A stretch of DNA of 39,727 nt from a virus. The stretch spans positions 1-39,727 of IMG/VR virus record IMGVR_UViG_3300035492_000012. The stretch is one strand, 5' to 3'. The position numbers were made by a program, and so were the translations under genes. Positions within the stretch are counted from its first letter, which is position 1; the number at the start of each line of letters is the position of its first letter. The notes below the pieces were generated by a model, which was given only the letters and a program-made list of their open reading frames with translations, ran no database searches and was not told where the DNA came from. Below are positions 30,616-39,727 of the stretch, one piece after another.

Positions 30616-32957
30616 TACACACGCCTCCCGCTGCGTTGGTGGTATCGGTAGCCGTACTCAATACTCGTGATATTCAAGTCGTACACATCGTCAGTGGCTA
30701 GCTCCAGCCTGGAAGAGTACATATCCAATCGCGCTGGGATGTACTGGTATCCGCTCGCGACCTGAGGTAGCCCTACGCTAAGCTCTGGCGAGCCGAAGGT
30801 GAGTGTACTTGTCACGTACTCCCGCTGTGGGCGGTAGCGATCCCCGATACTGTACGTGAACTCCCCGGTGTTCTGCACCGTCACAATGTACTTGTGCAGC
30901 AGCGCTTTCGCCGTGGTGATTGGTACGTCGTTGCGGTCTCTGACCGTTGGGGACGTTGGGACCAGCAGGCTGCGGAATCTCCGCCCTACCGTGTACGTGT
31001 CCCCAGCCGCAGCACCGAGCAGCCGGTAAGTAACTTGGCCACCTGCCCGAGAAACTTCCTGTGCCAGGGTCCGCATGTACGGGTATTCACCAGAGGTCTT
31101 GAAGGCCACGGCCTCGGTCCAAGCATCTGCCAAGCGCTCATCTACAACGAACTCGCCAGCAGAATCTGTGGTGATCTGCACCTGCAAATCTAACCGGCCA
31201 GTGGTAGCTGCGGAGTCGCCAGCCCCGATCCGTAAATCCACCTGAGCATACACCAGCTCAGTGCCTACCCGAAGCAGGCAGTACATCTTATCACCAACAA
31301 ACCAAGCTGACTCCACGTCCCAATGGAACACCCACTTGTGCCAAGCATGGTGTGCCTTCTCAGCACCGGCCCACAGAAACTCATGCACGAGCAGCTCTTT
31401 CAAGTTCTCGGAGAATCCGGCCACTAGAATGTTTGAGGTGCTGGATGCCGTCATAAACCGCGTAGTGCCTTTGATGTACCTGGGGATATGGTTTGTCACA
31501 TCCCCCGCGATTAGCTGTGAGTCTGTGTACTGACTCGGCACGGCCTCCCATAGACCATCATACCCGTCGCTGCGTGGGGCGCTAAAGAACACGCTGCGCC
31601 CAGTGGTGACAGGGACCGCATCCAGACGTGCCTCGTACTGCGACATTACCGAGATGTTGGCATTTGACGGAGTGACAGCGTTCACTCCTGGGATCACACT
31701 CTGGTAGCGGTCTGCCCAAAGCACCAAGTCTTTGTTGAATGCTGTGGCCCAGGTGTAGGGAGCCGCTTGAGCTGCGGTACTGGCAACTTCTATAGGATCG
31801 TCGGACTGCAGCCCTGTGATCGTACTACGGTAGAACCGGAGCGGGTTGTTTGAGGCGCTCATGTTCACGTAGTCGTTTGCCAGAATTACCAGCCGCCCTT
31901 GGAAGGCGGCAAGCCCAGTGATACCTTTTTCGATAAACTTGGGGGTGGCGTTACTCTCATCGTCGCCTGCGGCCCGCCGTTCCCATACAGGGGAGTCCAG
32001 CGTCCACGTCCCATCAACGCGGCGCATTCGTCGGGGCATATTGCCTAGCTGTGTCAAGAACCCGTAACCGGCGTCCTCTACCCAGCGACGTTCTGCATTG
32101 TCCCAGCGGTAATACGTGGGTGTCCTAGTGGTGCCCACGCCCATAATCAGCCCGTCAGCTTCGTCAGCCAACCTGGCAGGCAAGTCGGAAAGTTCTCGCA
32201 CTTTACCAAAGTTGGATGTGCGGATGTAGTTTGTACCGGAGTCGGAACTGGTGGCGAACGCATCGTCATCTGAGGTAATGTACAAGTATCCGCCAGTGCG
32301 GTAGTATGTAAAGCCTGCGGCTGTGCCGATCAGTGCATCCGCCTCTGCCGCGTCCGCGAGCTTGTCCACGATGTACTCTGGAGTAGCTTGTGCAGCATGG
32401 TCTGCGGAACTGCCGTCCGGAGTGGTGAAAGAAACGCTAGTCGTCACCCCTGTGGTCTGGTTAGTAATAGCCAGGGTGAACGTCTTGGAGAACTGCCCAG
32501 CGGTGACAAACAAATACCCAGCCTTGGTGGGGTCTGGGTATCCGGCTTGCTCTGCAGCGATACTGGCCGTGGGCTGCACCTCGGTGTTTGCTACGTAAAC
32601 CTCATCCCCAAGGGTTGTGAGTCTCAGTGCGTTTGCATTACTGGCTTGAAAATACGTGTCCGTAAAGGTAGCCAGGACAGTACCACTTTCAGTAAGCACA
32701 CGAATACTACCGGCGTCTGTGTCCCACAAAAACACCACCCTGGCGTTCGTTACCGTGGTCTCGTATCGGCCAAGATGCTGCGAAGGTGTGCTGATACCCA
32801 GAAAGCTCAGGAATCGCAGAGGTGCTCGCCGCCGCAAATTGAAGGTCAGGTCGGAGGTCATATTGATCTGCTCCTCCACCTGCCCAGGGAGGCGATCTTT
32901 GAAGTCCTGTTGACTCACGCCGAACAGGAGTTGCTTATGGCTGCTTTCGTAGTACAT
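30615..32957 (-). CDS. Tail tubular protein B (T7 gp12-like)
   Basis: 780 aa. The N-terminus (LLFGVSQQDFKDRLPGQVEEQINM) is typical of the family. Confidence 0.9.
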   Translation of the reverse strand: MYYESSHKQLLFGVSQQDFKDRLPGQVEEQINMTSDLTFNLRRRAPLRFLSFLGISTPSQHLGRYETTVTNARVVFLWDTDAGSIRVLTESGTVLATFTDTYFQASNANALRLTTLGDEVYVANTEVQPTASIAAEQAGYPDPTKAGYLFVTAGQFSKTFTLAITNQTTGVTTSVSFTTPDGSSADHAAQATPEYIVDKLADAAEADALIGTAAGFTYYRTGGYLYITSDDDAFATSSDSGTNYIRTSNFGKVRELSDLPARLADEADGLIMGVGTTRTPTYYRWDNAERRWVEDAGYGFLTQLGNMPRRMRRVDGTWTLDSPVWERRAAGDDESNATPKFIEKGITGLAAFQGRLVILANDYVNMSASNNPLRFYRSTITGLQSDDPIEVASTAAQAAPYTWATAFNKDLVLWADRYQSVIPGVNAVTPSNANISVMSQYEARLDAVPVTTGRSVFFSAPRSDGYDGLWEAVPSQYTDSQLIAGDVTNHIPRYIKGTTRFMTASSTSNILVAGFSENLKELLVHEFLWAGAEKAHHAWHKWVFHWDVESAWFVGDKMYCLLRVGTELVYAQVDLRIGAGDSAATTGRLDLQVQITTDSAGEFVVDERLADAWTEAVAFKTSGEYPYMRTLAQEVSRAGGQVTYRLLGAAAGDTYTVGRRFRSLLVPTSPTVRDRNDVPITTAKALLHKYIVTVQNTGEFTYSIGDRYRPQREYVTSTLTFGSPELSVGLPQVASGYQYIPARLDMYSSRLELATDDVYDLNITSIEYGYRYHQRSGRRV

Positions 32958-32964
32958 AGTAACC

Positions 32965-33537
32965 TCAGCTGATCAGGTACGCCAGCCAGCGTTGGCTGCG
33001 CTTACGGTTGCGGGTACTGAACCGGCGCTGCCGTGTATGCATATTTGTAAGCTCCCCGTAAGCGTCGTTGTAATATCCCAACAGCGTCTGGTACACTGTG
33101 TCCTGCCCAACGTCTGAGCCGTACACTGAGATAGCTGCGCGGTACGTGATAGCCCTTCGCGCCGGAATCGGAAGTTGCTCAAAAGACAAGTCTACTGTGC
33201 GCGTACCTTTCACCGACTGCCCTATAATGTCAGACCCGTCACGGAGCCGAATACGGTCGCCAGCCCAGATGAAGCGGGTAGGGTCGTCTGGGAAAAAGGC
33301 GAGGGTGTCGCTTGAGACAAATACACGACCGTCCAGGTCGGGAGTCAATGTCACGTCGCTGAACCAGTTGAACCACCAACGGTCGTCTAGCAGAGCCTGT
33401 CTGGCTTCGCTAAGTGCAGGAAGGATCAAGTCCAACGTAGGGTACTGGTCATCCAGAGAAACGATGGGAGGCTCCCCCAGTTGGCGGAGGATGGTGTTCA
33501 CAGCATCCAGCTGTGTATCTAGGGGATAGTCTGGCAT
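32965..33537 (-). CDS. Tail tubular protein A (T7 gp11-like)
   Basis: 190 aa. DAVNTILRQLGEPPIVSLDD is typical of the family, and the position is conserved. Confidence 0.88.
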   Translation of the reverse strand: MPDYPLDTQLDAVNTILRQLGEPPIVSLDDQYPTLDLILPALSEARQALLDDRWWFNWFSDVTLTPDLDGRVFVSSDTLAFFPDDPTRFIWAGDRIRLRDGSDIIGQSVKGTRTVDLSFEQLPIPARRAITYRAAISVYGSDVGQDTVYQTLLGYYNDAYGELTNMHTRQRRFSTRNRKRSQRWLAYLIS

Positions 33538-33572
33538 AAGGCCCTCTCTTGTAAATGCCCTGCATGAAGACG

Positions 33573-33603
33573 CTTAAAAGAGAGGGCGACCCGGAGGTCG
33601 CCC
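33573..33603 (-). terminator. Rho-independent terminator after the major capsid gene
   Basis: The minus strand reads GGGCGACC-TCCG-GGTCGCCC followed by TCTCTTTTAA. Confidence 0.75.
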
Positions 33604-33610
33604 ACCCTAA

Positions 33611-34615
33611 TCAGGTCAGGGTGCGAGTGATCGCAACAGTTGCCACGGAATCCGGGCGGCGCTGGCCGATATTGTACGACTGGAAGGTATCCAGGACCCA
33701 GGAGAACTTCTCCTCCCATTCCCAGTATTTACCGTCCAGCGGATGCACCTGTGCAGCGTACAGGCTCATGCTCGGGATGATGGTGATCATCTGGCGCAGA
33801 ACTTGCGCAGCGGTAAGGTGGAACTCGGAGCCAAGCGGAGAGCTGGTAACAGCGGCCTGCGGGATACGCGGGGTCTCGACGATACGAATACCGTTCAGGA
33901 CTGCGATACGACCTGCAGCGAAGTTGTTGCCAACACCCACTCCGCCGCCCTGGAACTCTACGTTCTGCAGCTTCTTGTGGTCCAGCAGGATAGTGAACAC
34001 CCACGGCGACACGAAGGTTACACCCTCGGCCATTACGGCGTCACCCAGGTCTCGGTTGATCAGCTCCTCGATGCTGGCGCGGTGTGCGCGAACCAGCAGG
34101 TCGGCATCTGCCTCACCGTTGGCCGGGAGGCCGGAGATGGTGACAGTTTCTTCAATACCATCGTAGAACGCACCCGCGAGGTGGGTGGGCGCTTCGAAGT
34201 CTGCACACTTCATTGCCTGGGTCAGGCAGGCCACGTCGAATTGCTTCGCCAGAGCGATACCGTCAGCACGGCCTACTTCCTTACGGATGTCGATGCTGGA
34301 GGTCCACTCGTCGAAGTTGTCGAACTGGTGCCGGGTGTACAGCAGGGTGTCCACAGTCAGGATCGCCTTATCACTGCGGACTTGGCTGATCACGAGGTCT
34401 TCGCCGGACTTGCGACCGGACACATCCACGTTACCGATGCGGTCAATGCGGGCAGTGTTTGTGCCGCGCAGGGTACGAATGTTGGTGTACGGAGCCAGCT
34501 TGGAGCTGGTTTCAAAGACGCCATCAACGATGCCGAGGTGCTCTTCGATGTGGATGTCCACGTCAGAGTTAGCACCACCCCATTGAGGACGAGTCAGATC
34601 AGTCAGAAAGGGCAT
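33611..34615 (-). CDS. Major capsid protein
   Basis: 334 aa with a strong RBS (TAAGGAAAC). It is followed by a terminator and preceded by the scaffold gene. Confidence 0.92.
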   Translation of the reverse strand: MPFLTDLTRPQWGGANSDVDIHIEEHLGIVDGVFETSSKLAPYTNIRTLRGTNTARIDRIGNVDVSGRKSGEDLVISQVRSDKAILTVDTLLYTRHQFDNFDEWTSSIDIRKEVGRADGIALAKQFDVACLTQAMKCADFEAPTHLAGAFYDGIEETVTISGLPANGEADADLLVRAHRASIEELINRDLGDAVMAEGVTFVSPWVFTILLDHKKLQNVEFQGGGVGVGNNFAAGRIAVLNGIRIVETPRIPQAAVTSSPLGSEFHLTAAQVLRQMITIIPSMSLYAAQVHPLDGKYWEWEEKFSWVLDTFQSYNIGQRRPDSVATVAITRTLT

Positions 34616-34629
34616 AGTGTTTCCTTATA

Positions 34630-35481
34630 TCAGATGCCTTGGCGACGGCCAAGTTCACGTTGCTTACGAAGCTCCACGTACTGCTCCTCGGTGAGGCGCG
34701 GGTCCCGCAGCTTCTCTTGGTACTCAGCCTTCGACAGTCCACGAGTCGCGGACGGCTGTCCGTTAATGTGGTTGCCTGGGGCGTACACCTTACCGGCGGC
34801 GCGAGCACTATCAACAATACGTTGAGCTGCCCGTGTCATCAGACTGGTGTTCCCGGAGTCCAGCATCAGGGCAATCTCTGCACGTTCGTCGTCAGACGCC
34901 GCTTCGTTGAATGCCTGGATAGCTTGCTCCAGAACTGCTTGACCGCCAACAGCGGTGTACAGCGTTTGCATACTCTGCTCGTACTTCGCGGCACTGTACT
35001 CAAACAGTCCGGTCACCTGTTGCAGAACTGCGTCTGCATCCGCGCCCAGTTTCTCCTTGAGGTACTCCGTATCAACGAAGCGCACGTCGCTGTGCTCCGC
35101 TGCTTTACCGAAGGCTCGCTGCAGGTCTACCTCAGCCTTACTGCAGATGGCTTCAACGTAGCCAATACTCAGCTTGGCTTGAGGGTCATTCGCCAACGAG
35201 CCAGCCAGCTCTTGCACCAGCGCATTCGTATGCGGCTGAGGCTTCGGAGGCTCAGGGGCTTGCGGCTGCGGTGCTGGGACAGGTGGTTCCGGTTTCGGAG
35301 GTTCCTGACTTACACGACTCAGCATCGGGTTAGTACCCGGCTGAGGCAGGCCCGGAGGAACTTGTTGCTGGTTCGGCACTTGTACAGTTTGCGGCTCTTG
35401 CTGCGGTGCAGCAGGCTGCTGGGCTGGTACAGGTGCTGGGGCTTGCGGCACGCTCGGTGCGATTACAGTTTCGCCTGACAT
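34630..35481 (-). CDS. Scaffolding protein
   Basis: 283 aa, located between portal and capsid. The N-terminal third is Pro/Gln-rich and the C-terminal part looks helical. Confidence 0.8.
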   Translation of the reverse strand: MSGETVIAPSVPQAPAPVPAQQPAAPQQEPQTVQVPNQQQVPPGLPQPGTNPMLSRVSQEPPKPEPPVPAPQPQAPEPPKPQPHTNALVQELAGSLANDPQAKLSIGYVEAICSKAEVDLQRAFGKAAEHSDVRFVDTEYLKEKLGADADAVLQQVTGLFEYSAAKYEQSMQTLYTAVGGQAVLEQAIQAFNEAASDDERAEIALMLDSGNTSLMTRAAQRIVDSARAAGKVYAPGNHINGQPSATRGLSKAEYQEKLRDPRLTEEQYVELRKQRELGRRQGI

Positions 35482-35483
35482 AC

Positions 35484-37043
35484 TTACTCCATATTACTCT
35501 GCAGATCAGAAGCCGCAGCACCCGCTGCAGCAGCACCTGCCATCTGTTGTGTTGCGGCAGCGGCGGCGCGGGCCTGTGCCTCTTGTGCGAGTACCTCTGC
35601 GGACTTGCTGATGCTGGAGATGTCTACCCCACGGGCATTCGCAATAATCTCAACCACTTTCGCTGGGTCGATTTGATTCGACGCCTGCACCAATGCTGGG
35701 AGGATTGTAGCGATGTCGGCAGCTACGAGCCGAAGCGCAGTAACCTCCGCTGCTCTCGTCATAGCCGGGATTCCGGTGATGATCGCTGGGTACACGTCTT
35801 TGTTGATGATGCCTCGCAGAAGACTCGCGTTCGTCTGGCTCGCAGCGTACTCCGCCATAGTCAAGTATGCCAGAGGTACTTGCATACTCTCCGACAGCAG
35901 GGAGTACACGCCGCCCAGAGTGGCCTCTGCCTCCTCGGCAACCATACGGACTTCCTCTGCCGTGACCCGCTCAGCATCACGCATCATCCCAGTGTACATG
36001 AATGCCTGGGTAAGACGTTGGGTCAGCGGGGCGAGGGATGCGTTGATCGCTTGAATCTTATTGTAGTCCCCACGCTCATACGCTGTGATCGCACCAACCT
36101 TCCCAGGTACATAGTCGCCAATCTCGGCATCCTGGTAGTCGTCGATCACACCGCCTGCGGACTCGTCTACGATGTTCAAGAGTTCCAGGGCATTCAACTC
36201 GTACAGCCCAAGCGCCTCTGTGACGAGACTGAGGCGGGCGAAGTCTCCCGCGTACTCCTCTACCAAGCCGCGACCGTAGTGCTCACCATCGGCCAAGCTC
36301 CATACTGGCAGGATGTACGGACACAGGTGCTCTGGGTACTGTGTGCGTTGGAGTTCAACGCCGCAGGACTCCTCTATGACCTCTACCACACCGGGACGCA
36401 TGTAGTCAACCTTGGTGAACAATTCAATCTCAACCTTGCGTCCGTACTGCGCACCCTTCTGCTGTTGGATTTTATCCTGGTGAACTTGATCCAACTCATC
36501 GAACGGCATCCGCTGTTTCAGGATAACGCAACGCAGCTCGCCCGAGGACTTGCGGCGAACTGCATAACTCTGCCTGCTCCAGACTGTAAAGCGGAAAGCC
36601 TTGGGGTCTCGGTAGATCAGGCAGTCGCCTGTGGTAATCAGCAGCTTGCTCGCACGGACCAACTTATGCTGCCCACCGTTCAGGAAGATACGCCGGGAAG
36701 AGTTCCGCTCCATCGTTGCCAGAGCAGTCTTCAAATCGCTCTCACTCGCACCTTCCCTCTTGGCCAGTTCCTGCAACGCCTCTGATTGCTCAATCTTGAA
36801 GTTTGGCATACCCGAGGGGAACAGCGCCAGTGATACTTTCGCCGCAAGGTTATTAACCAGCAGCGAGCCGAGGCTTTGGAAGTCATGCTTGACTGCCGCA
36901 ACTGTAGTGGCCGATCCTGAGCTTTCCAGCGGGTCTACCATCAGAGATGGGATTGTGAATCTGGCGTAGTGCTCTGCACGCTCAACAGCGGCGTGGTCGC
37001 GGTAACGCTGCCACTCTCCCGCAATGTGCTCTTGCATAAACAC
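35484..37043 (-). CDS. Portal (head-tail connector) protein
   Basis: 519 aa, T7 gp8-like in size and position, with an Ala-rich C-terminal tail. Confidence 0.92.
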   Translation of the reverse strand: MFMQEHIAGEWQRYRDHAAVERAEHYARFTIPSLMVDPLESSGSATTVAAVKHDFQSLGSLLVNNLAAKVSLALFPSGMPNFKIEQSEALQELAKREGASESDLKTALATMERNSSRRIFLNGGQHKLVRASKLLITTGDCLIYRDPKAFRFTVWSRQSYAVRRKSSGELRCVILKQRMPFDELDQVHQDKIQQQKGAQYGRKVEIELFTKVDYMRPGVVEVIEESCGVELQRTQYPEHLCPYILPVWSLADGEHYGRGLVEEYAGDFARLSLVTEALGLYELNALELLNIVDESAGGVIDDYQDAEIGDYVPGKVGAITAYERGDYNKIQAINASLAPLTQRLTQAFMYTGMMRDAERVTAEEVRMVAEEAEATLGGVYSLLSESMQVPLAYLTMAEYAASQTNASLLRGIINKDVYPAIITGIPAMTRAAEVTALRLVAADIATILPALVQASNQIDPAKVVEIIANARGVDISSISKSAEVLAQEAQARAAAAATQQMAGAAAAGAAASDLQSNME

Positions 37044-37044
37044 C

Positions 37045-37329
37045 TCAGACGTTGATGCCCAGCGAACTCGACAAGCTCTGGCCGGATGTGCGGCGGCGAC
37101 GTGTGCCGGGATTCACGAGCTGCTCAGCTGTGCCCCCGGCCTCTACCTGCGTAACGTTATCCAGGGTGAGGTCTGCCTGTGCGTTCTTACGCGCAGTCTC
37201 TTGCTGGCGCAGCACAGCACTCATCTGCTTATCCGTTTGGCTACCGCCACCTGTGAGCGCTTCCCCTAAACTACCCACCAGCTTACTAACGCCAGTGGCT
37301 TTGACAATCTTACTTACCGTTTTACTCAT
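37045..37329 (-). CDS. Hypothetical virion-associated protein (94 aa)
   Basis: Small ORF directly upstream of the portal gene, as in the phiKMV group. Confidence 0.65.
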   Translation of the reverse strand: MSKTVSKIVKATGVSKLVGSLGEALTGGGSQTDKQMSAVLRQQETARKNAQADLTLDNVTQVEAGGTAEQLVNPGTRRRRTSGQSLSSSLGINV

Positions 37330-37331
37330 AG

Positions 37332-37760
37332 TTACCTCCGATATCTCACAGTGTACTGAAAGTTACCAGAGCGATGGGAGTACGCATAAGGCAAACCTTC
37401 TTCGCGGGCCAGTCTTCGTACACTGCGTATGTACTGGCCTGCGAGGCCATAGTTACGATACTCCGGGAGAACGTACTGCCACATCAACGACATGCATCGC
37501 CCGATGTGTGGGTCCTCCTCCTCAACTACTACACAACCCCCTACAGGGACATCCGAGCCTCTCGGGTAGTACACTATCTCTACCCGAGGGCATCTGAATA
37601 TGCTTTCCTCAGCTCTCTGTACAAAGGCGTTCTTCGAGGTTAGCTGCAACTCTGGTAACTCATACCATGCAGCAGTGGCTAGAGTAAGCATATCGGGGGA
37701 TTCCTCTCCCGCCGCATAGTAGGTTGTTTTACAGACTAACTCACTCTCTGCTCCCGCCAT
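37332..37760 (-). CDS. Putative GNAT-family N-acetyltransferase (142 aa)
   Basis: WQYVLPEYRNYGLAGQYIRSVRRLAREEG fits the acetyl-CoA binding motif R-x-x-G-x-A followed by a helix. Confidence 0.55.
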   Translation of the reverse strand: MAGAESELVCKTTYYAAGEESPDMLTLATAAWYELPELQLTSKNAFVQRAEESIFRCPRVEIVYYPRGSDVPVGGCVVVEEEDPHIGRCMSLMWQYVLPEYRNYGLAGQYIRSVRRLAREEGLPYAYSHRSGNFQYTVRYRR

Positions 37761-37927
37761 CCTACCACTCTCCTCTTAATACTCCTGAGAACATTCTGCT
37801 CACCAGCGTTATACATGATGTCTGCTGGGGGTGTCTTTGGAGTTACCTCTATAGCAGGGAAGGCTTTAGCCAACCAGTCATACTGCTGCTGTGAGAAGCT
37901 GGGTGCATCCTGGATATTCTGACTCAT
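37736..37927 (-). CDS. Hypothetical protein (63 aa); first gene after the candidate phage promoter
   Basis: A GGAGAG RBS is embedded in the promoter-like sequence, and the ATG is 7 nt downstream. Confidence 0.65.
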   Translation of the reverse strand: MSQNIQDAPSFSQQQYDWLAKAFPAIEVTPKTPPADIMYNAGEQNVLRSIKRRVVGWREQRVS

Positions 37928-37931
37928 GGTC

Positions 37932-37957
37932 TCTCCTAGTATATGTCACTTTATAGC
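37932..37957 (-). promoter_or_regulatory. Candidate phage RNAP promoter at the RNAP/structural-module boundary
   Basis: The minus strand reads GCTATAAAGTGACATATACTAGGAGA. A 20-nt exact repeat occurs at 25016..24997, and the GTGACA core resembles the SP6 promoter ATTTAGGTGACACTATAG. Confidence 0.55.
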
Positions 37958-39727
37958 TCAGCAGAAAAAGAACCGGCTACTGAGCACTTCTCGGATGTTG
38001 AAATCTCCTCGTAGTGGGGTCTCCACATCCTGCCCCAAATCCCGCAGAAGCTCTGCGAGTGGGTCATACTCCGCGTACAGGTCCACGAACGCTTCCCGGA
38101 TATGCTGATGCATACGATCTACATCGCTTGGGTGTGTCCCAAAGCTGTCGTGGATACAAACCATACTCAAACCGTCTGCCTGCATACGCTCAGCCACCAT
38201 ACTGAGGTGTGTTGCGTCGAGGCTGTGAATCAAGTTAGGGCTGATGCTGTTCTGCGTGCGGCGAGGATTCAGCTCGTCTGAGGTATCCCGGACCACAACC
38301 TTGCTCAGGCCGAGGCTGCGGATCGGAACCCGCTTCTCCACCTGCTTTCTGGAATCCATACCGACCAGCAGGCCGAAGCGCGTCTTCCACGTCAGGGTAT
38401 GCGATGTGCCGTGCGCCCTGGCCCGCTCACGCAACCAGCGCATACACGCTGCCGCCGCAGGTACAGTGGCCTCGATGCTTGAGAAGATCACGTCAGCCGC
38501 GTAGTTAGCCATCGCGATAACAGACGCAGCCTCGTGCCGAAAGCCAGTATCATCTAACTGCGATGCGATGTCCAGAGCTACGTTACGCTTCGTCGCACCG
38601 TATACGTAGGTCATCACAGGCTTCTTTACCATGCTGCGGGGCATATCCAGGTCTAGCCATAGCTGCGCACACAGTTGGTACTTGTGCAGCGGATTCGCTG
38701 CGTCCTTACGGAACTGCGCCTGCGCTACCTCTCCTACGCGGGTGTAGATGTCAGCCTTGCTTCCAGTGCAGTCCAGCAGGTTTGTGTACTTGGCACCAAC
38801 CGGGTCTCGTAGAATTGCCGAGAAGTGCTGCAATCCTGAACAGGTCGCATCCATGTGGATTGGTAGCCCCGTGCGATACGTCTTAGGATCGCCACTAGCA
38901 TAAGCAGCGGCCAACTCGCGCACAGCAGCAAGCGCACTCAGCGGTGCATCTGCAGCGCGGTACAGGTCTGAGTCTTCCGGGGCCACTGCGTCAGCGGCCA
39001 GCGTATCCCATCGCTCATCTACCCAAGCGACCCGCTCTGGGAAGTCGGCCTTATCAAAGCCGAAGCAGTTCGCAATATGCACCTTCAACCAGAACACGCC
39101 GCGACTACCAAGTGCCTTCTTCTCTGCGAAGTGTAGCACCGAGCGGGTCCCGTCAGTCCCTTGAGGATTCGGGGAGCCGGAGTAGTACATCCGTTGCCGG
39201 AAGTCTAGGAACACCGGAAACCAGACTTCCCGGTCGCGCAATTCGCGGAGAATCTTGACTTGGCCAGCCGCTTCGATGACGGAGCCTTTACGGCGCAGGT
39301 CTGATGTGTACCACTCGGCCATCTGTCGCTTCCAGTTCGTGAAGATAGCAGCCTGCTCTTCGGTGGCCTGGAGAAACTCAAACCCGTCTGGGAGTGGGAA
39401 GGCAGGTTTAGGATGCTCATGCCTGCGCGGCATACCGAGAACTTCCTGCCCCAACTCCCACAGATGCACCATGCAATCTACCGCAGTCGGCTCCATGTGG
39501 AATGGCGTAGACTGTAGGTAGTTCACCACATTCAGCAGACGTGGACTCTCAGCTATGCTCTCGTACACTTGGCGACGTACTGCGGGACGGGCCGATGTGA
39601 TCACCAGCGGGCGGCTGGCCTCGTTCGTATAGTATCCTCCATCTAGGGCATTAGTCCACGGCTTAGGTGGACACACCATCGGGTTAGCTACAGTGTGCAG
39701 CCACGGCAGCTTGTTCAGCAGCTCCAT
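37958..39727 (-). CDS. Single-subunit DNA-directed RNA polymerase, C-terminal 589 aa (the N-terminus is at 781..128 across the junction)
   Basis: PIHMDATCSGLQH, MTYVYGAT and CIHDSFGTH parallel the T7 RNAP catalytic motifs. Confidence 0.95.
   Translation of the reverse strand: MELLNKLPWLHTVANPMVCPPKPWTNALDGGYYTNEASRPLVITSARPAVRRQVYESIAESPRLLNVVNYLQSTPFHMEPTAVDCMVHLWELGQEVLGMPRRHEHPKPAFPLPDGFEFLQATEEQAAIFTNWKRQMAEWYTSDLRRKGSVIEAAGQVKILRELRDREVWFPVFLDFRQRMYYSGSPNPQGTDGTRSVLHFAEKKALGSRGVFWLKVHIANCFGFDKADFPERVAWVDERWDTLAADAVAPEDSDLYRAADAPLSALAAVRELAAAYASGDPKTYRTGLPIHMDATCSGLQHFSAILRDPVGAKYTNLLDCTGSKADIYTRVGEVAQAQFRKDAANPLHKYQLCAQLWLDLDMPRSMVKKPVMTYVYGATKRNVALDIASQLDDTGFRHEAASVIAMANYAADVIFSSIEATVPAAAACMRWLRERARAHGTSHTLTWKTRFGLLVGMDSRKQVEKRVPIRSLGLSKVVVRDTSDELNPRRTQNSISPNLIHSLDATHLSMVAERMQADGLSMVCIHDSFGTHPSDVDRMHQHIREAFVDLYAEYDPLAELLRDLGQDVETPLRGDFNIREVLSSRFFFC
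39601..39727. repeat. Second copy of the 127-bp contig-end overlap
   Basis: Identical to 1..127. Confidence 0.95.

Noticed and set aside
33538-33611. Programmed frameshift extension of the capsid gene, as in T7 10A/10B
   Set aside because: Only about 70 nt separate the capsid stop from the next gene, and a terminator hairpin occupies that space. No slippery site or extended alternative frame was seen.
420-39521. All other plus-strand ORFs in the track, for example 5147..5815, 10036..10761, 15645..16412, 33743..34825 and 35406..36785
   Set aside because: Each lies antisense to a minus-strand gene with clear motifs or coding composition. Their translations are Arg/Ser/Leu-rich shadow ORFs, and none has a convincing RBS.
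39601-39727. The 127-bp terminal duplication as a biological direct terminal repeat
   Set aside because: It lies inside the RNAP coding sequence, and joining the ends restores a single intact ORF. Its length equals a common assembler k-mer.
1-39727. Lysogeny functions, tRNA genes, toxin-antitoxin or other canonical defence loci
   Set aside because: No integrase, repressor or excisionase-like ORF is present. No cloverleaf-like segment was noticed in the few non-coding stretches, although a by-eye scan is not exhaustive. The gene order is that of a strictly lytic T7-group phage.

Overview
This window is a complete genome of about 39.6 kb from a lytic T7-supergroup podophage, Autographiviridae-like with phiKMV-type gene order. 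It is presented as a circularly closed contig. Positions 1..127 are identical to 39601..39727, and that junction cuts through the single-subunit RNA polymerase gene. Every convincing gene is on the minus strand. Reading downward in coordinates, the layout is as follows. (1) A 1.56-kb ORF-poor control region (17929 to 16368) holds sigma70-type promoters and two short-repeat arrays. (2) Thirteen small early ORFans (16367 to 11563). (3) A DNA metabolism module: primase, a minimal CCA-adding-like nucleotidyltransferase, helicase, ligase, family A DNA polymerase, an SSB-like protein, 5'-3' exonuclease, endonuclease VII, a DnaQ-like exonuclease and a DUF5664-like dNTP pyrophosphohydrolase. (4) The RNA polymerase, spanning the junction. 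(5) A structural module: GNAT-like protein, portal, scaffold, capsid, tail tubular A and B, three internal virion proteins and a tailspike. (6) Small and large terminase. (7) A lysis cassette of pinholin-like holin, SAR endolysin and overlapping Rz/Rz1. The most noteworthy signals are: helically phased TAGG and CCCAC repeat arrays with outward-facing promoters, which resemble a T7 concatemer junction; a 20-nt exact repeat that looks like the phage RNAP promoter, with one copy inside a virion gene and one inverted copy in the control region; a strand-specific 11-mer, AGCGTACTCCG, that recalls phiKMV nick sites; a low-GC tailspike module that includes an HExxH gene; and several accessory enzymes that could act in counter-defence. 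All functional calls come from motifs read by eye. No database search was run.
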